DNA from: a virus
Taxonomy: Duplodnaviria; Heunggongvirae; Uroviricota; Caudoviricetes
Virus record (IMG/VR): IMGVR_UViG_3300044693_000272
Direction: 5' to 3' (one strand)
Length of the DNA: 64,000 bases
Within the stretch, counting starts at the first letter, position 1. The number at the start of each line of letters is the position of its first letter. The position numbers and the translations under genes are program-made. This document shows positions 18,707 through 27,700 of this stretch, in pieces. Under the pieces are notes generated by a model. That model had not been told where the DNA came from, searched no databases, and saw only the letters and a program-made list of their open reading frames with translations.

Positions 18707-19321
18707 TTTGAAGCGATCAGTTACTTCAATTAGACGTCCGTCTTTAATGGTGAATACTTTGAGGTTGTCGACTACCCGAGCAAAACCCCAATCGTATTCA
18801 ACGGGATAACCTAGCACATGTTCGGTCAGCAATTCATAGTAAGCGTTGCCGCGCGATTCCTCATTCATGTTTTGCTCAGGCGTCAGAGCCCACAGTGTCT
18901 TGGTATCAGGCGACAGCTTCTCCAAGTGACGATCAAAGAGATTGCGCATTACTTTTTCATATGCTTTGAAGTCATGCTCTTCGTTACCCATGCCAGGATC
19001 TTGGTGTGAATTTGCGCTGGTGAATATGCTAGTAAGCTCGATATAAAAGTCGAGATCATTCTCGGTGAGATTCCTGAGCACTTTCGTTCTGTAGTGATCA
19101 GCGTCATTTTCCCACGTTTCGATACACAGTTCGAACGTATCAGCCACATCTATGGTACTAAGCGGTGGAATATCACGACAAAAGCTGTCATTACCAGTTC
19201 GATCTCGTACCATCTTAATGATTTGTTCGGCAATATCACCATCCGGATAGCAACCTTCACGCCCTGCAACTTCATTCAGAATAGCTTGAACGATAAGGAA
19301 TTGTTCTTTAATTTCCATCAC
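18704..19321 (-). CDS. hypothetical protein (205 aa)
   Basis: GGGGAG SD. Confidence 0.55.
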   Translation of the reverse strand: MMEIKEQFLIVQAILNEVAGREGCYPDGDIAEQIIKMVRDRTGNDSFCRDIPPLSTIDVADTFELCIETWENDADHYRTKVLRNLTENDLDFYIELTSIFTSANSHQDPGMGNEEHDFKAYEKVMRNLFDRHLEKLSPDTKTLWALTPEQNMNEESRGNAYYELLTEHVLGYPVEYDWGFARVVDNLKVFTIKDGRLIEVTDRFK

Positions 19322-19386
19322 ACACTCCCCAAAAAGAAAACGCCATTTTAACTGAATGGCGTGGTTATGTATGACATAAATGAAAA

Positions 19387-19629
19387 TTATTTGCTATACA
19401 TGATTTCGGTTGCGCGCTTGCTGGATAAATTCTTGATGACCTTATCGAGACGTTCCTTCGCCTCACAGTACTCTTTCCATGCCGGGACCAATGTTATGAT
19501 GTCCGGGTCTGGGTGATTGTCGAATATCGACCAATCGACTGGAGGAACATACAAAACTTGCACTTGCGCATGCAATTTGAGCAAACGAGGAATCGAGACT
19601 TTCATTGATTCTTTAGCATTGCTTGTCAT
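19387..19629 (-). CDS. hypothetical protein (about 80 aa)
   Basis: AAGGGGAAAGTG SD before ATG at 19629. Confidence 0.5.
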   Translation of the reverse strand: MTSNAKESMKVSIPRLLKLHAQVQVLYVPPVDWSIFDNHPDPDIITLVPAWKEYCEAKERLDKVIKNLSSKRATEIMYSK

Positions 19630-19698
19630 CACTTTCCCCTTATTCATTTCATGAGTTTCACAAGTAGATGGTATATTCAGATGATGAATGAAGCAAGC

Positions 19699-19733
19699 GA
19701 AAAAAGAGCCACTAGGCGAGGGTCCTAGTGGCT
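19699..19733 (-). terminator. strong rho-independent terminator (minus orientation)
   Basis: Minus strand: gagccactagg-accctcg-cctagtggctc followed by TTTTTTCGC. Confidence 0.6.
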
Positions 19734-19822
19734 CTAAACGGGGAATTGTGCGAGAGACCAGTCAACGCACAGCCGCCAATACTATAGGATCACCTTTTAT
19801 ACGTCAAGACTTGATTCAAAAT

Positions 19823-19858
19823 GAAAAAAGAGGCCACGACCTGTAAGTCGTGGCCTCT
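19823..19858 (-). terminator. strong rho-independent terminator (minus orientation)
   Basis: Minus strand: agaggccacgac-ttacag-gtcgtggcctct followed by TTTTTTCAT. Confidence 0.6.
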
Positions 19859-19951
19859 AACTAGGGTCTTATGCCGTGTGCCCCGCCAAGACGGAAGCAC
19901 ACATCTATCATCATATTACAAACCGCACCGCATAGCAAGCGCTGGGAGACG

Positions 19952-20434
19952 TTACTCAAATTCCCCTTCAATTTCAATTACTATTTTTTCACCACACGCA
20001 TTTTCGATCCACAATGCAATCATTTTTACTTGAAGTTCGATTTCATATGGGAGGTGATTACAATCCTGCTTCACCTGCTCTAGGTACTCTAATTGAGAGC
20101 CAAGAACCCTGTCCTTGGCTTCTAACCAATTTTCAGGTGTGGCCGCAATTGAATTGCCAGGATGACGCTTATTCCAAGCAATCCGACGGGTCTCTGTATA
20201 TTCCTGTTCAATATAACTGTTCTGTTGCTTGTTCCAAGCTTCTAAAATGCAATCAACTAATGATCTTTCAGATATCGAACTATGCATATGGCCGTCATCA
20301 TACTTTTGCCATACTTCTTCATCATTCACAAATATGGTTGTTCTTTCAGAACTATGACTGCCACAATATTCGCACTCATGCATCGCACCAGTGAAGTTTA
20401 CAATTTTGATTGTTGTCGTCATTATCATTCCCAT
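19952..20434 (-). CDS. hypothetical protein with CxxC pair (160 aa)
   Basis: ORF track; two strong minus-oriented terminators follow at 19699-19858. Confidence 0.5.
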   Translation of the reverse strand: MGMIMTTTIKIVNFTGAMHECEYCGSHSSERTTIFVNDEEVWQKYDDGHMHSSISERSLVDCILEAWNKQQNSYIEQEYTETRRIAWNKRHPGNSIAATPENWLEAKDRVLGSQLEYLEQVKQDCNHLPYEIELQVKMIALWIENACGEKIVIEIEGEFE

Positions 20435-20470
20435 AAAAACAAAATGGCCTCAGTTAAAACTGAGGCCATT
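20435..20470 (-). terminator. rho-independent terminator (minus orientation) between the tRNA cluster and the next gene
   Basis: aatggcctcag-ttttaa-ctgaggccatt then TTTGTTTTTATGG on the minus strand. Confidence 0.5.
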
Positions 20471-20501
20471 ATCTGAAAGCACATAGCTAACAGGATGAAT
20501 T

Positions 20502-20579
20502 TGGTCTCCAGTGCAAGATTCGAACTTGCGTCCCATGGTCCCAAACCACGTATACTAACCAGACTATACTAACCGGAGA
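20502..20579 (-). tRNA. tRNA-Pro (anticodon UGG)
   Basis: Hand-folded cloverleaf on the minus strand: acceptor tctccgg/ctggaga, anticodon stem cgtgg/ccatg, loop tTTGGga, T-arm gcaag-ttcgaat-cttgc, 3' CCA encoded. Confidence 0.6.
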
Positions 20580-20619
20580 ACGGGGGCCAGCTTTCGCCAG
20601 CTGAGCTAATTCCCCAAAA
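20580..20619 (-). pseudogene. tRNA-like 5' fragment (acceptor plus D-arm only)
   Basis: Minus strand reads ggggaattagctcagctggcgaaagctgg..., a canonical tRNA 5' half with no matching 3' half before the next tRNA begins. Confidence 0.25.
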
Positions 20620-20694
20620 TGGTGCGTCTGGAGAGGGTTGAACTCCCGACCTTGGCCTTGTAAGGGCCCTGCTCTTCCACTGAGCTACAGACGC
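20620..20694 (-). tRNA. tRNA-Val (anticodon UAC)
   Basis: Hand-folded: acceptor gcgtctg/cagacgc, D-stem gctc/gagc, anticodon loop cTTACaa, T-arm gggag-ttcaacc-ctctc, CCA encoded. Confidence 0.65.
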
Positions 20695-20796
20695 AAATTC
20701 TTTCCACAACAACGTTTGCTGCTGTTCCGTAAGTGTTTCACATTCTATTTAGTACGGTGCCAATAGTCAACAATAATTTCTACTGGAATAACCACT

Positions 20797-21660
20797 TTAA
20801 AAGTGGATAAGCTTGCCCATACATTGTGTTAGCATGCCATGCACGATCATGTTCAGATCACGCTCAAGGTATGCAAGCTCTTCGCTAAGTTGGCGAGCAG
20901 TATAACGTTCTTGTGACTTCATGTAAAGATTATCAATTACTTGATAATGACTACGCACTAAATGCTGGCGATCCTTAACTGCATTCATGATATCGATGCG
21001 CTGGTCCCAACCTTCGACTGGTAGCAATGAAATCTTGCCAGTTATCACATATTGTGCCAGTAGTTCACCCAAAAAATCCAAATCACTGCTGATATTACAC
21101 ATACGAGCAGACCGCATTGTCATGAGAAGCATCAACAATGCTTCTAGATCCCGACCAAAGCCTTGGATTCGCCCTGATAACACTTTTGCCTTATCACCAG
21201 TCAATCGCTCATAGGCTTCAGCAAGCGTATCGATCAAAGACTGCTCGGATACGTAACCACGTGCTTGGTTGGCATGTGCCATGCGATGCACCATAATCCA
21301 AGCATTCATGGGGATATAGTTGCTGTTAGTAGTAACATTCGTCGTATGACAAACATTTATGGCAGTTGGATCAACCAATTGTTCGCTAGGAATGATTTTG
21401 TTTAATTTGTCAGAGTCAAAAACGGCATGCTTTTGCATGAGGATATTGATGTTGAAATCGAACGTCGTTTTGTCGAACGAGCGATAGATCTTTGCCAAAC
21501 CCTTTTCCGATTTGAGCAAGTCAACATCTTGTTGTTGCCATGAACCAGAACCTTGCTCCAGGCAAGCCATATCACAGTGAATACCAAGATTGCGCAAGCT
21601 CATCTTTTCCTCCGCTCTTGACCATAAACCAAGTTTACGTTCATTTGGTGAAGGAGTCAA
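20797..21660 (-). CDS. hypothetical protein (287 aa)
   Basis: AGCGGAGGAAAAG SD. Confidence 0.55.
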   Translation of the reverse strand: MTPSPNERKLGLWSRAEEKMSLRNLGIHCDMACLEQGSGSWQQQDVDLLKSEKGLAKIYRSFDKTTFDFNINILMQKHAVFDSDKLNKIIPSEQLVDPTAINVCHTTNVTTNSNYIPMNAWIMVHRMAHANQARGYVSEQSLIDTLAEAYERLTGDKAKVLSGRIQGFGRDLEALLMLLMTMRSARMCNISSDLDFLGELLAQYVITGKISLLPVEGWDQRIDIMNAVKDRQHLVRSHYQVIDNLYMKSQERYTARQLSEELAYLERDLNMIVHGMLTQCMGKLIHF

Positions 21661-21672
21661 CAGATGAATACC

Positions 21673-22269
21673 TCAAGGCATCATTTTGGCTAAGAAGTCA
21701 TGGTAGGAAAGTGTTTGATCGCAAGGACTCAATGTGAATATGATACGATCACCTTCGATGCCAGTAACACTATGAATGTCGGTTGCGTCCAATGCCCCCC
21801 AGGCCCCAAGTGGTGTGTCAAAAGTTGCTCTTATGGGAGCGTTGATTTCGTTGAAAAATGTATTGGCAACAGAAGCGGCAGGCTCATGAAAATGTAGTTT
21901 TACATTTTCACCACCACTTTGAAGAAGATAGTTAAGTGCAACACCACGTTTTCTATCAGTATGTGCTGGAAAGATAGCTTTTCTATTTGGCCGAATATTC
22001 CGCATAATAAACAATTGATAGGTGGCCTCAATTGGTAAAGCCGGTTCCATTATTGCTTTCAATTCACACAAATCAATATAGTCACCAATATTGAAACTGA
22101 TGCGTTCGACAATATTGTAATGATCAAGAATTTCAGTAGAGAATGGATATGGACGAGTGGTTATCCACTGACGTTGTAATTCTTCGTCATAAAATAGATC
22201 TTTAGCCAATTTAATTAACTTATCAGTCAACTCTGGTGAAAGCGTAGGTAAAGGAACTACTTGAAACAT
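21673..22269 (-). CDS. cupin/2OG-oxygenase-like protein, paralog 1 (retains HxD...H)
   Basis: PAHTDRKRG ... KLHFHE gives a candidate His-x-Asp...His facial triad; paralogous to 23348-23959. Confidence 0.45.
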   Translation of the reverse strand: MFQVVPLPTLSPELTDKLIKLAKDLFYDEELQRQWITTRPYPFSTEILDHYNIVERISFNIGDYIDLCELKAIMEPALPIEATYQLFIMRNIRPNRKAIFPAHTDRKRGVALNYLLQSGGENVKLHFHEPAASVANTFFNEINAPIRATFDTPLGAWGALDATDIHSVTGIEGDRIIFTLSPCDQTLSYHDFLAKMMP

Positions 22270-22347
22270 ATAATATCCTTGAACGTATTTGCAGGTATTT
22301 AGTTATGAAAATATAGTTAAATACCACTTTAAACCTTATAGAATATC

Positions 22348-23316
22348 ATGAATTCAGGTACACACAACGACCATTATCATTGGGGTTGGGACGACGGTTG
22401 GTATAATTTGCCAACGTCAACCGAGTCAACTTACAAAGTCCAATTTACAAGTGCTGGCACACACGATTCCTTTCATGTAGAAACAATTCGAGCAGCCACA
22501 TTAATGGCAAATGAATGGAAGAAACCATTTATAGTTGGGTTGTCTGCTGGATTAGATTCACAGATCGTTTGTTTGGCATTGAAAGAAATAAAGAAGGACT
22601 TCGAAGCCGTAACTATGGCTTGGTTAGATAACGACGGTAATATCATTAATGCCGATGACGTCAACTATGCAATTGAATTCTGCAAACTTCATAATATCAA
22701 ACATACCTGTGTCAAGTATTCGGTAGAAGCGTTTTTAGCTGGGCGCGGTACATATCTTGCACAAAAATATTGCATACACTTTTATCGTAAAATCGTGCAA
22801 GCTCATTTATTGGATCTTTACAAAGATACTCACACAATTTTAATAGGAGCCGGTAACCCAGTATTTGATATGGTCGGTGGTAAACTTATGATTGAAATCT
22901 CAGCCACTTACCTACAACGTTGTTATGTCAATGAAGGGGTAGAAGGCACATCAATCTTTTTTAAATACACACCCGAGCTCTATATGTCACAAATTGATAA
23001 TGTATTTTGTGATGCATTTTTGGCTGGTGCGTATAAGAGTATGTTTGATGCTTTTAAGGAAGATAGTAAAAATCCATATTGGACATGGCGCATGTTCACT
23101 TCATATTTCAAGCCACTTGTTTGTCAAGCGAATTGGGACGGTTTACTCCATAGAAGTAAACAGCATGGGTTTGAAACATATTCCAAAGATGATTATTGGA
23201 AAAAACAGATAGAATTACAACGTGCCGGTAGGAAGAATATTCTGTATGCGGATGCATTTGAGTTTACTGAATTTTTGAAACAGCCAAAAGGAACTCAACG
23301 ATTGTGGACAATCTAA
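22348..23316 (+). CDS. PP-loop (N-type) ATP pyrophosphatase superfamily protein
   Basis: FIVGLSAGLDSQIVCLA is the SGGxDS PP-loop signature (QueC/TilS/TtcA/asparagine synthetase-like); plus strand between two minus-strand paralogs. Confidence 0.55.
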   Translation: MNSGTHNDHYHWGWDDGWYNLPTSTESTYKVQFTSAGTHDSFHVETIRAATLMANEWKKPFIVGLSAGLDSQIVCLALKEIKKDFEAVTMAWLDNDGNIINADDVNYAIEFCKLHNIKHTCVKYSVEAFLAGRGTYLAQKYCIHFYRKIVQAHLLDLYKDTHTILIGAGNPVFDMVGGKLMIEISATYLQRCYVNEGVEGTSIFFKYTPELYMSQIDNVFCDAFLAGAYKSMFDAFKEDSKNPYWTWRMFTSYFKPLVCQANWDGLLHRSKQHGFETYSKDDYWKKQIELQRAGRKNILYADAFEFTEFLKQPKGTQRLWTI

Positions 23317-23349
23317 AAGGAAAACCCTGCATTTGCAGGGTTTTCCTTT
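23317..23349. terminator. bidirectional terminator between convergent genes (PP-loop ATPase and cupin-like paralog 2)
   Basis: aaaggaaaaccctgc-attt-gcagggttttccttt, a perfect 15-bp stem. Confidence 0.55.
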
Positions 23350-23959
23350 ATGCGTTTGGTGTATATGACGGTCCAAACAAACTAGGATGTTGTTGTAGTA
23401 AATCTGGGAATGTAATTGATGTATCAGTTGGAGCCAAACTGACTACAATACAAGTATCAGTAATCCCAGAAATTGAGCGTACCATGGTAGCATCAAATGC
23501 ATACCAAGAGCCAGCGGTCATAGTATATGACGACGTTGGTGTTAATGTTGGATCATATACGGTATTTGCTTGATTGACGGCTTCGTTAAAGAAGAAATTA
23601 TATAAGGTGCTGCCGCCAAGTTGAAGGTAATAATTGATTGCAACTGAACCAGCCAATCCACGGCTTGGTGGCATAAGGGCAGGAGTACTAGCTGTGGTGT
23701 TCTTCATAATAAAGAATTCATAATCCACAGCAAATGGTAGTGAAGACGAAATAGCTGCTGCCAAATCAGTGGGATCTGGAATCATACACCCCATACGTTC
23801 AACAATATTAGAAGCGGTCATTTGCGCACTTGTATATGGCCAAGGATGACGACTATTGAAGCTTGTAATATTATCAGCTGTGAACATATTTGTTGCTTGA
23901 GTTATCAAGCTTGATGTGAGTGTATCTGACAGCTTTGGCAGAGTTAAATTGTAAATCAT
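23348..23959 (-). CDS. cupin-like protein, paralog 2 (candidate metal ligands lost)
   Basis: Colinear with 21673-22269 (FIMKN..., INYYLQLGGS) but PPSRG and FFFNE replace the His/Asp positions. Confidence 0.45.
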   Translation of the reverse strand: MIYNLTLPKLSDTLTSSLITQATNMFTADNITSFNSRHPWPYTSAQMTASNIVERMGCMIPDPTDLAAAISSSLPFAVDYEFFIMKNTTASTPALMPPSRGLAGSVAINYYLQLGGSTLYNFFFNEAVNQANTVYDPTLTPTSSYTMTAGSWYAFDATMVRSISGITDTCIVVSLAPTDTSITFPDLLQQHPSLFGPSYTPNA

Positions 23960-23963
23960 ATGT

Positions 23964-24173
23964 TTACCGTTGTGGTGTGATCGATAGTTTTATGAGAATA
24001 GCATTCTGTCGCGCATTCTCTAATTCATAGATATCAGACTTGAAATTAAGTTCTGGTGTAGCTTCGCGCATCAAAAATTCGATGCATTCATCAACAAACT
24101 GGTCGATATCCTCAAATGTTACTGATTGGTCGTATGCCATATCACGGATACGATCTAGAATTTTATGCTGCAT
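23964..24173 (-). CDS. hypothetical protein (69 aa)
   Basis: ORF track; overlaps upstream stop. Confidence 0.4.
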   Translation of the reverse strand: MQHKILDRIRDMAYDQSVTFEDIDQFVDECIEFLMREATPELNFKSDIYELENARQNAILIKLSITPQR

Positions 24174-24648
24174 TTGTGAAGTTTTTCAGCTTTGTGGCTA
24201 ATTTAATGTTCGTAACCGTCAAGCCAAATGCTTGCGCAGATTTCGAAAGTTCCCCATATTTATAGCCTGCGAATCTAGTCAAAAGCGTGATCATGACGTG
24301 AACAAAGATACCACCGTGTTCACCACTATCAGTTTCATCTATGAAATTTGTCAAAGTATGAGCTAATTCATGCAAAACAATAATATTGTTTCTTGACCAT
24401 TTGGGGAGGTGAATTTCTTTACAATCACTACGAGCATAAATGCTGCCACGACCATCAATCACTTTTGGTGCTGGACCTTTCATATTGAGTTCCTTCCAGA
24501 CTTCTTTAATCAACTGCTGACATTGTTTCAGAGATAGAATGGTTTCGTTGCGACAGGTGAATCGTGAGAGTTCCCAGCCATAACAGAGTTGAGTTTGACC
24601 AGCAAAAAGACCAGCACTTAGGGAATTTTCGGCGCGCGGATTGCTCAT
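24163..24648 (-). CDS. HExxH zinc metallopeptidase (SprT/WLM/DUF45-like)
   Basis: IIVLHELAHTL motif with a downstream Glu/His region; ACAGGAGCC SD. Confidence 0.5.
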   Translation of the reverse strand: MSNPRAENSLSAGLFAGQTQLCYGWELSRFTCRNETILSLKQCQQLIKEVWKELNMKGPAPKVIDGRGSIYARSDCKEIHLPKWSRNNIIVLHELAHTLTNFIDETDSGEHGGIFVHVMITLLTRFAGYKYGELSKSAQAFGLTVTNIKLATKLKNFTNAA

Positions 24649-24729
24649 ATCACTGGCTCCTGTTATAATTTGGCATGCACCACAAAGTTATTTAGTGGTG
24701 TGTCAAACTAATTAACAGCGCACAAAGAA

Positions 24730-25059
24730 ATGAGCGATAAGAAACCTACGTCAATGTGGGACGCTGTGACTCATGCTATGGCGGCAAAAGATGATCCGCA
24801 CGGATCGAACATGCTACGTCGGTATGGTCCAGTCCAACCAGGAAGTGAAGAATTTGATAGTTTGCTGAAACGAACGGCGCATGCTATGCACAAAGTTGGC
24901 GATGCTGCGTATGGACTTCAGGGAATATATCGCCGAGACCTCACCAACACGCCAGAAGACGTTCTGGCGGCCATCCAGAGTTTAAAAGAAGCCCACAAGC
25001 TTCTTTTGGGCGCAGAGGCTGTATTGCGCTCTGCGCATGTCCGGGCTAAGAAAAAGTGA
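24730..25059 (+). CDS. hypothetical protein (109 aa), plus strand
   Basis: Divergent from the metallopeptidase gene; ORF track. Confidence 0.4.
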   Translation: MSDKKPTSMWDAVTHAMAAKDDPHGSNMLRRYGPVQPGSEEFDSLLKRTAHAMHKVGDAAYGLQGIYRRDLTNTPEDVLAAIQSLKEAHKLLLGAEAVLRSAHVRAKKK

Positions 25060-25174
25060 AAGTTTGGTTAAAGAAATTAGCCCCACAAAAGGCAAGAGAT
25101 TACTTTGGACTGATTGCAGGATGTTTTGCTATTCCTGCAATCTTGCTATTGATTTATGCTGAATTATTTTTGAA

Positions 25175-25399
25175 ATGAAATCTAGAATTGATATTCGTGT
25201 TAGTGGTCCTGGATCAACTATCCATTGCGAGATAGCAGTGATTCACAAAGCATTGAAAGAAGCAGGCTTTAACGTTTGTGTGGTCGATAGTCATCCCTGT
25301 CCGGATGACTATAATCCACTAAACGAAAAAGCGATGGAATTGGCTCGTGAGAATAAGGTGATCTGTATTATCGCAGACCACCAACCATGGGGTGGTTAA
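25175..25399 (+). CDS. hypothetical protein (74 aa), plus strand
   Basis: ORF track. Confidence 0.35.
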   Translation: MKSRIDIRVSGPGSTIHCEIAVIHKALKEAGFNVCVVDSHPCPDDYNPLNEKAMELARENKVICIIADHQPWGG

Positions 25400-25684
25400 T
25401 TACTTAATGGGGAAAGGCATGATGCCGTTGGGCTCACCATCATCAACAACTCCTCCCAAATATTCGGGATATAGAACTTTCATTTCGACCAGTTGTTGGC
25501 CGAGTTGATCATTGGTTAGCCTATGTAATCCTACGCTCTTAGGGTCAGAATGCAATTGCTTACCCAAGAGTGATAGTGCTACTTCCCTTGCGAATACCCA
25601 TTTGTAACCAGCTGGGATACTCATAGGAATAGAGTCAGGATATACTGGTTCGTTTAAAAAATCGGCTCGTCTTTCAACATTCAT
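25400..25684 (-). CDS. small protein, tandem paralog pair B member 1
   Basis: AGYKWVFAREVALSLLG ... GGVVDDGEPNG is paralogous to the next gene. Confidence 0.5.
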   Translation of the reverse strand: MNVERRADFLNEPVYPDSIPMSIPAGYKWVFAREVALSLLGKQLHSDPKSVGLHRLTNDQLGQQLVEMKVLYPEYLGGVVDDGEPNGIMPFPIK

Positions 25685-25692
25685 AGTATCAC

Positions 25693-25965
25693 CTATGTTA
25701 TTTGAACTGCTTGAATGAAACCGTTTGGAGCACCATCAACGACAACTCCACCGAATACACTATCATGTATGGCTCCTGCCGCAAGGAGACATTCACCTAG
25801 TTCTACGTTATCCATTGTGGTGTATTCAAGTTGCTCATCTTCGTCTACATCTTCCTGCAACATATTCAATACAAAGATAGCAACGCTTCGGGCAAACACA
25901 AATCGCCCACCTTTATGCACTTTCACTGGTATTGCGGCTGGATACACTAATTCATAGCTGTCCAA
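25693..25965 (-). CDS. small protein, tandem paralog pair B member 2
   Basis: KGGRFVFARSVAIFVLN ... GGVVVDGAPNG. Confidence 0.5.
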   Translation of the reverse strand: MDSYELVYPAAIPVKVHKGGRFVFARSVAIFVLNMLQEDVDEDEQLEYTTMDNVELGECLLAAGAIHDSVFGGVVVDGAPNGFIQAVQIT

Positions 25966-25985
25966 CTCACCACCTCAATGAAACA

Positions 25986-26014
25986 AAGGCTAACCCCTTT
26001 AAGGGGTTAGCCTT
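25986..26014 (-). terminator. rho-independent terminator after the H1-like protein gene
   Basis: aaggctaacccc-ttta-aggggttagcctt then TTTGTTTCATTG on the minus strand. Confidence 0.55.
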
Positions 26015-26034
26015 GATTATTGCGTAACATTAAC

Positions 26035-26865
26035 TTACGCTTGCGCTTCCTTCTTGTCTTGGCCCTTCTTGGAAGTCGACGCTTTCTTCACGGCAGCGGT
26101 TGTATTTTTTGCTTCGGCTGCCGCAGCGGGTGTCTGGCCTTCGACTTGTGCATCACCAGCCGGTGCATTCGTCGTTTCGCCTGTTGCTTGCTCGCCGTTG
26201 CTTTCAGCGCCGAAGTGCTGCATCAGTGCCTCTGCCGAGCTCGTGTCTTGTGCTTCACCAGCCGTCGCACTGGGTTGCTCTGTCGTTACACCACCCGTCG
26301 CCCCAGCGTTCGTTTCGGGTTGAGCGTTGGTTGGCTCAGTCGGCGCTTCGGGCTGTGCTTCAACTTGCTTCGACTTGCCCTTGCGTTCAGCTTTCGGCTT
26401 GTCAGCTTTTGCTGCCTTGGGTAATTTGTCGGGCTTGGGCAGTTTGTCGGCCTTGGCTTGCTTCGGTTCTTTTGCCGGTTCTTCAGCCTTTGCATCGGAC
26501 AGGGTCGCTGTCTTCATCAACGCGCTGTCCGCAACGATCAAAGTGGGGGTCGATTCGGCTGCATCGTCCGGAAGATCACGCAAGGTGAACCATCCGTAGC
26601 CGTCGTTGTGGAACAGGAATGATGTGCCGAGCTCGGGGCGAGGATACTTGAGGTCTTTGATGAAACTTGCGGGAATTTCAACCAGCGTTGCTCCGCTTTC
26701 AGCTTTTGCCGTGCGCGCTTGCATGTTTTTACCCGAAACGCGGTAGCTGGGGCGCAGGGCCAGGTATTCAACGCCCCCACGCTTCATCGTCTTGACACGA
26801 AGACGGGTGATACCATGGAGCAGCTCGACCGCCGCCCCGTTGAATTGCAGAACCAACGAAGACAT
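26035..26865 (-). CDS. protein with globular N-domain and long Ala/Lys/Pro/Glu-rich, histone H1-like low-complexity C-terminal tail
   Basis: AAAGGAGAA SD; tail PKPDKLPKAAKADKPKAERKGKS...; hairpin terminator 25986-26014 downstream. Confidence 0.55.
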   Translation of the reverse strand: MSSLVLQFNGAAVELLHGITRLRVKTMKRGGVEYLALRPSYRVSGKNMQARTAKAESGATLVEIPASFIKDLKYPRPELGTSFLFHNDGYGWFTLRDLPDDAAESTPTLIVADSALMKTATLSDAKAEEPAKEPKQAKADKLPKPDKLPKAAKADKPKAERKGKSKQVEAQPEAPTEPTNAQPETNAGATGGVTTEQPSATAGEAQDTSSAEALMQHFGAESNGEQATGETTNAPAGDAQVEGQTPAAAAEAKNTTAAVKKASTSKKGQDKKEAQA

Positions 26866-27022
26866 ATGAAATTCTCCTTTACTTCAAGTGAGTTTTTGAT
26901 CTAATCTTTCCACAAAACTGCTTGTGTAAATGAACTCTAACATCACCTGCTCACCTATACAAGCATTTTATGCTTATTCATCTTAAAAGAATACCACGTT
27001 TCATTTAAATCTGGTTTACGCC

Positions 27023-27700
27023 TTATTCTACAATGAACCGCATTTTTGCTTCATTAATCCCGAGAACCTCAATGCCTTCACGGGTCTTGGGAATATTGAA
27101 AATGCCAATTGCGGAGAAGGGGTTTGTATTATCAACTTCTTGCTCAGCATTTTCATCAAAAAGCCACCGCATAGCAAATCGATAATTATGTCCAACTATC
27201 CTGTAATTCATTACCGTAATAGACGGATCATAACCAGACCAAACCATTCTTGCAAACTGTTTGGGTTCAACTAGAGCCACTCTCGTGAATGCTTGTGGCG
27301 ATATTACCCCGCGATATCCGCAAGTGCCCAACACTTTTAGGCTTCCTTCCCAAGAGTATTGATCAGCACGTTCGCGATAAAACATGGTTCGCTTATGCAT
27401 ATCCCAAGCTTTCGGCAGTTTGTCCTGGCCGCGAGTTGCTTGCTCAATCGCGTCTTCATCAGCGACAAACTTATACTGATTCATCTTACTAGTGTCGATT
27501 TCTAGAACGACAAGCTGCTCATCAACTTTGCTTGCTTGAGCTGCAAAGTATAGAGCATACGCATCAGTCAGGTATACTGTTTGAGCATTGCTGGGGATAC
27601 TATGATCCCAGTTACTCATCTCGTTTTGATTGCGCGGCGTCAGACCATCAGCCAGAATTGAAGGTAGGTGCCGACTCGTGGTGCCATGAAAGAGCTTCAT
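27023..27700 (-). CDS. ADP-ribosyltransferase-fold protein with PARP-like catalytic signature
   Basis: MKLFHGTTSRHLPSILADGL parallels the PARP beta1-alpha motif LWHGSR..N...ILSQGL (H-Y-E class). Confidence 0.5.
   Translation of the reverse strand: MKLFHGTTSRHLPSILADGLTPRNQNEMSNWDHSIPSNAQTVYLTDAYALYFAAQASKVDEQLVVLEIDTSKMNQYKFVADEDAIEQATRGQDKLPKAWDMHKRTMFYRERADQYSWEGSLKVLGTCGYRGVISPQAFTRVALVEPKQFARMVWSGYDPSITVMNYRIVGHNYRFAMRWLFDENAEQEVDNTNPFSAIGIFNIPKTREGIEVLGINEAKMRFIVE

Noticed and set aside
20580-20619. A complete third tRNA between tRNA-Pro and tRNA-Val
   Set aside because: Only the acceptor 5' strand and D-arm are present. No complementary 3' acceptor strand, anticodon arm or T-arm can be folded before the next tRNA starts.
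26020-26600. Plus-strand ORFs 26020-26424, 26054-26323, 26100-26588, 26327-26599
   Set aside because: Antisense frames opened by the GC/Ala-Lys-Pro repeat of the minus-strand H1-like gene. They have no RBS or promoter and run opposite to the uniform transcription direction.
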